Shown here piece by piece: positions 51,666 through 54,029 of a DNA stretch of 54,029 bases. Under the pieces are notes generated by a model that did not search any database, had not been told where the DNA came from, and saw only the letters and a list, made by a program, of their open reading frames with translations. Numbering within the stretch: position 1 is the stretch's first letter; every line of letters starts with the position of its first letter. The DNA is from Candidatus Micrarchaeota archaeon (GTDB taxonomy: Archaea > Micrarchaeota > Micrarchaeia > Anstonellales > Bilamarchaeaceae): the NCBI GenBank assembly GCA_043809425.1, contig JAZDDV010000070.1:1-54029 (forward strand). Direction: 5' to 3'. The translations under genes were made by a program, and so were the position numbers.

Positions 51666-52382
51666 ATGCAGTTTCTTTACAATGAGCCCGCTGCACTTCA
51701 CAGGAACGCGCTGCTGATCGGCGACACTCACTTTGGCATGGAGTACAAACTGCGGCAGAAGGGAATACACGAGCGTACTTTTAGCGAACGTGTGGTGCAG
51801 CACATCGAGCAGCTGCTGAAAAAAACAAAGGCGAAAAAACTTATTATTGCAGGCGACGTAAAAGATCAGATTGGCGGCGTAGACGACATAACTGTTGCCA
51901 TGCTGCAGCGGCTGCAGGACGCCGTTGAGGAGCTAATCATTGTGAAAGGTAACCATGATGGCGGCATTGAAGCGACCGGCGCGACCGTAGTTCCGGCAGA
52001 CGGTTTTTCCTACTACGGAGTCGGCATCTTCCACGGCCATTCCTGGCCCGGCGAAGAGGTGCTGCAGTGCAAGCAGCTGCTTTCCGCGCACCAGCATCCG
52101 CAGGTTGAATTCCGCGACCGCTCGGGCAAAAGGCATTTCCAGCCGGTGTGGGTTGTTGCCCAGGCGGACGCCGAAGAAATTGCAAAGCACTATGAAAGTT
52201 TCAACAAAAAATCCCAGCTGATTTTAATGCCCGCATTTAATCCGCTCGTCGGCTCGTCGTTGAGACAAAATGAGCACCTCGGGCCGGTCCTTAATAATAA
52301 CCTATTTAAACTCAACGCTGCATTACTATTCTCGTTGGACGGAACCCTGTTGGGTAAATTAGGCGACATCAAAACAGAGTGA
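51666..52382 (+). CDS. Calcineurin-like metallophosphoesterase (COG1407/TIGR00024-like)
   Basis: LLIGDTHFG, AGDVKD, GNHDG and HGH motifs. Confidence 0.7.
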   Translation: MQFLYNEPAALHRNALLIGDTHFGMEYKLRQKGIHERTFSERVVQHIEQLLKKTKAKKLIIAGDVKDQIGGVDDITVAMLQRLQDAVEELIIVKGNHDGGIEATGATVVPADGFSYYGVGIFHGHSWPGEEVLQCKQLLSAHQHPQVEFRDRSGKRHFQPVWVVAQADAEEIAKHYESFNKKSQLILMPAFNPLVGSSLRQNEHLGPVLNNNLFKLNAALLFSLDGTLLGKLGDIKTE

Positions 52383-52386
52383 TCCT

Positions 52387-52650
52387 ATGGGAAAAAAACG
52401 AAGAGGAAGGGAACGGCTTGTCCGCTGTTCTGGTTGCGGAAGGCAGATGCCGCGCGACAAGTGTGTTAATGATATGAAAAGAAGGTCCTATTCTACTGAT
52501 TTGAAAGAAAAAGGCGCAGAAAATGTTTCTTTTAGCGATTTCGTTGAAGTCTCCTACTGCATCAGCTGCGGTAAACATCGCGGAATCTTTGAGAAGAAAA
52601 AACAGCAAGCTCAAAGGAGGAGGGAAAATCGCTATGGCTCGACGTTCTGA
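52387..52650 (+). CDS. rps26e: 30S ribosomal protein eS26
   Basis: MGKKRRGRE...RCSGCGRQMPRDKCV...YCISCGKHRG matches the eS26 pattern (C-x2-C...P.DKA...YC.SCA). Confidence 0.8.
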   Translation: MGKKRRGRERLVRCSGCGRQMPRDKCVNDMKRRSYSTDLKEKGAENVSFSDFVEVSYCISCGKHRGIFEKKKQQAQRRRENRYGSTF

Positions 52651-52948
52651 ACAGGCATTTGAAGTGGCATTCGAAGGAAAGAGTTACGCGGCCATGCAGC
52701 AGAAAATGGGAAATCTTCCACTGATTGTCATCAAGGCAAAATCCGGCTATGTGGCCTGCAGCTACATAGACAAGGAGACCGCAGAAAAAGTCGGTGACAT
52801 CGCAGCATTCGTTGCCGGCGTCAAAACTGTGGAGGATTTCAAGAAGGCCAAAATCCGTTCAGTCACCACCTGGGCTGAGAACCTGGGCATTCGCGAAGGC
52901 ATGAGCGTAAAAAAAGCGCTAGAGCTTATGGACGCCCCTTGTAAATAA
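52634..52948 (+). CDS. DUF1805 (YunC-like) domain protein
   Basis: LPLIVIKAKSGYVACSYIDKETAEKVGDIAAFVAGVKTVEDF resembles the DUF1805 core. ATG 52634 overlaps the eS26 3' end by 17 nt. Confidence 0.55.
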   Translation: MARRSEQAFEVAFEGKSYAAMQQKMGNLPLIVIKAKSGYVACSYIDKETAEKVGDIAAFVAGVKTVEDFKKAKIRSVTTWAENLGIREGMSVKKALELMDAPCK

Positions 52949-53500
52949 GAATAAGAGCACCAGTCCGGCCACTCCAGTTGTCAACGTGCAGATGTTGGTA
53001 TTTTTCGGGTCCTTGGTATCATAATAATTTTGCGGACTTATTTTCATCGTTCTATTGACCTGGTCAATACACACCTGTTTTGTTACCGGCGTGCCGGTAA
53101 GCGTACTGGTGAATGCAGTCACAGTCGGATCGCCTTTCCCTATATTCTCGCAGATCTTTGCAGAGTTAACTCCAGTCGGATTAGTCGTTGCAAGTATGGT
53201 CGCAATATCATAAAAGCAGCGGTTCTTCAGCACCAGGGATTTTTGCTGCACATCCCAATTGCCAGTTCGTTGTCCGTAGTACTCGCCCATCTTCTGGATT
53301 TGATAGCAGTAGAATGTGGAATGCGCGTCATCACCTCTCATGTAGGCGGAAAATACTGCTGCCTGGTGGTAGCATTCCATTTGCCGCTCCACGTTAAGCA
53401 TGGAATCGCATTGCTCTGCATTCTGTGCATCTGCGCCGTAGCATCCGGCCAGTAGGAAAACTGCAAGCAGGATACCGAAAACCAGCAACCGTCTCATCAA
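52919..53500 (-). CDS. Cys-rich secreted protein with lipobox and C-terminal hydrophobic anchor
   Basis: MMRRLLVFGILLAVFLLAGC (lipobox-like), 7 further Cys, and C-terminal GVAGLVLLFLF followed by TRGVHKL. Confidence 0.6.
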   Translation of the reverse strand: MMRRLLVFGILLAVFLLAGCYGADAQNAEQCDSMLNVERQMECYHQAAVFSAYMRGDDAHSTFYCYQIQKMGEYYGQRTGNWDVQQKSLVLKNRCFYDIATILATTNPTGVNSAKICENIGKGDPTVTAFTSTLTGTPVTKQVCIDQVNRTMKISPQNYYDTKDPKNTNICTLTTGVAGLVLLFLFTRGVHKL

Positions 53501-54029
53501 TGACCCTTTTCTGCATAGGCTTTCAGCAGGCGCTTTGCCATGCGCAGCACTGTTCTTATGTCGTCTTCAGTCTTTGCGCCTGCGCAGATTACCTTGCCAT
53601 TCTTGAAGAGCAGTAGTGAAACCTTTGGCTTTTTGAACTTGAGAATAGCACCGGGAAACTGTTCCGGTTCGTACTCCACGTTGTCCAACTTGTAGGCTAT
53701 CTTATACAAATCAAGCGTAAGGCCAAGTTCTGCAGCCGCCACGATATTGGTAATCTCGATCTTCACCTTTTTGGTGCTGTGTATTTTCTTTGCGTAGGGA
53801 AGCAGCAGTTTTCGTGTCTTCTCAACTGTTTTCTCCACCAGGGAGCGTCGCTTGCAGCCCACACAGACTATCTTGCCGTTCTTGAAAAGCAGCAGCGATG
53901 CCTTGGGTTCTTCAAACTTCAGTATGGCTCCGGGAAACTGTTCCGGCTCGTACTCAATGCCCTTGATTTTCGCCGCCAGCTGGAAAAGATCCAGTTCCAT
54001 GCCCAAGTCTGCTGACGCAACAATATTCG
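53497..54029 (-). CDS. tbp: TATA-box binding protein; 5' end truncated by the window edge
   Basis: Two TBP repeats are present. The reading frame stays open upstream of the track start: my translation of 54027-54007 gives NIVASAD preceding LGMELDL, which is the canonical start of repeat 1. Confidence 0.93.
   Translation of the reverse strand, partial: NIVASADLGMELDLFQLAAKIKGIEYEPEQFPGAILKFEEPKASLLLFKNGKIVCVGCKRRSLVEKTVEKTRKLLLPYAKKIHSTKKVKIEITNIVAAAELGLTLDLYKIAYKLDNVEYEPEQFPGAILKFKKPKVSLLLFKNGKVICAGAKTEDDIRTVLRMAKRLLKAYAEKGH

Noticed and set aside
41383-53500. Search for a shared C-terminal sorting signal (PGF-CTERM or archaeosortase-like) among the anchored proteins at 963-5084, 41383-42648, 45918-46748 and 52919-53500
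   Set aside because: All have a C-terminal TM helix plus basic residues. No conserved tripartite motif precedes the helix, and no archaeosortase gene is in the window.
53600-53960. DNA-level direct repeat (GGGAAACTGTTCCGG.TCGTACTC ...)
   Set aside because: It is not a mobile or intergenic repeat. It is the internal duplication of the TBP fold. It is reported only as a repeat-similarity observation.
1-54029. Mobile elements, integrases, transposases, prophage genes and CRISPR arrays
   Set aside because: None were recognised on either strand. Apart from the AT-rich islet at 16913-17328, I saw no obvious compositional break by eye.

Overview
This is a gene-dense archaeal chromosomal segment with about 60 protein genes. 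Many genes overlap by 1-10 nt or are ATGA-coupled. GC content looks mid/upper-40s % by eye and was not computed. Archaeal identity follows from TBP, FEN-1, aMBF1, eS26, uS10, PurP, CTP-type riboflavin kinase, XPD, split PheRS and split transketolase. The tight packing and the many anchored surface proteins fit a small-genome, possibly DPANN-like, uncultivated archaeon, but that is inference only. RNA genes are tRNA-Ala(GGC) at 14769-14840 (-) and a stand-alone 5S rRNA at about 30174-30286 (+). Housekeeping blocks include purF, purP, pyrK-pyrD, proBAC, rpe-tkt, acdBA, pheS, pheT, nadK and a serA-like gene. I saw no CRISPR array, transposase or integrase. The most interesting parts are as follows. 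(1) At the window start, a partial HerA/VirB4-class ATPase lies divergent from a 1373-aa Cys-rich, coiled-coil, C-terminally anchored surface fibre. A VirB2/TrbC-like two-helix mini-protein with its own TATA box follows the fibre gene. Together these are a candidate conjugation/Ced-like or host-contact apparatus. (2) An 8-gene, roughly 8.9-kb, almost gap-free minus-strand array (46748 -> 37818) mixes three anchored envelope proteins, pheS, a KaiC/RecA-like protein with degenerate Walker motifs, Roadblock/LC7, TldD and a DUF112 permease. (3) A Memo / truncated asparaginase-like / AMMECR1 operon lacks the radical-SAM partner. (4) A copper cluster contains a Met-decorated perfect glycine-zipper membrane protein and palindromic operators. 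(5) Three membrane-anchored winged-helix regulators occur in the window. (6) An AT-rich islet carries a Cas2/PaaX-C-like orphan ORF. (7) An hldE-HAD operon encodes nucleotide-heptose genes. All family assignments come from motif recognition by eye; no database search was run.
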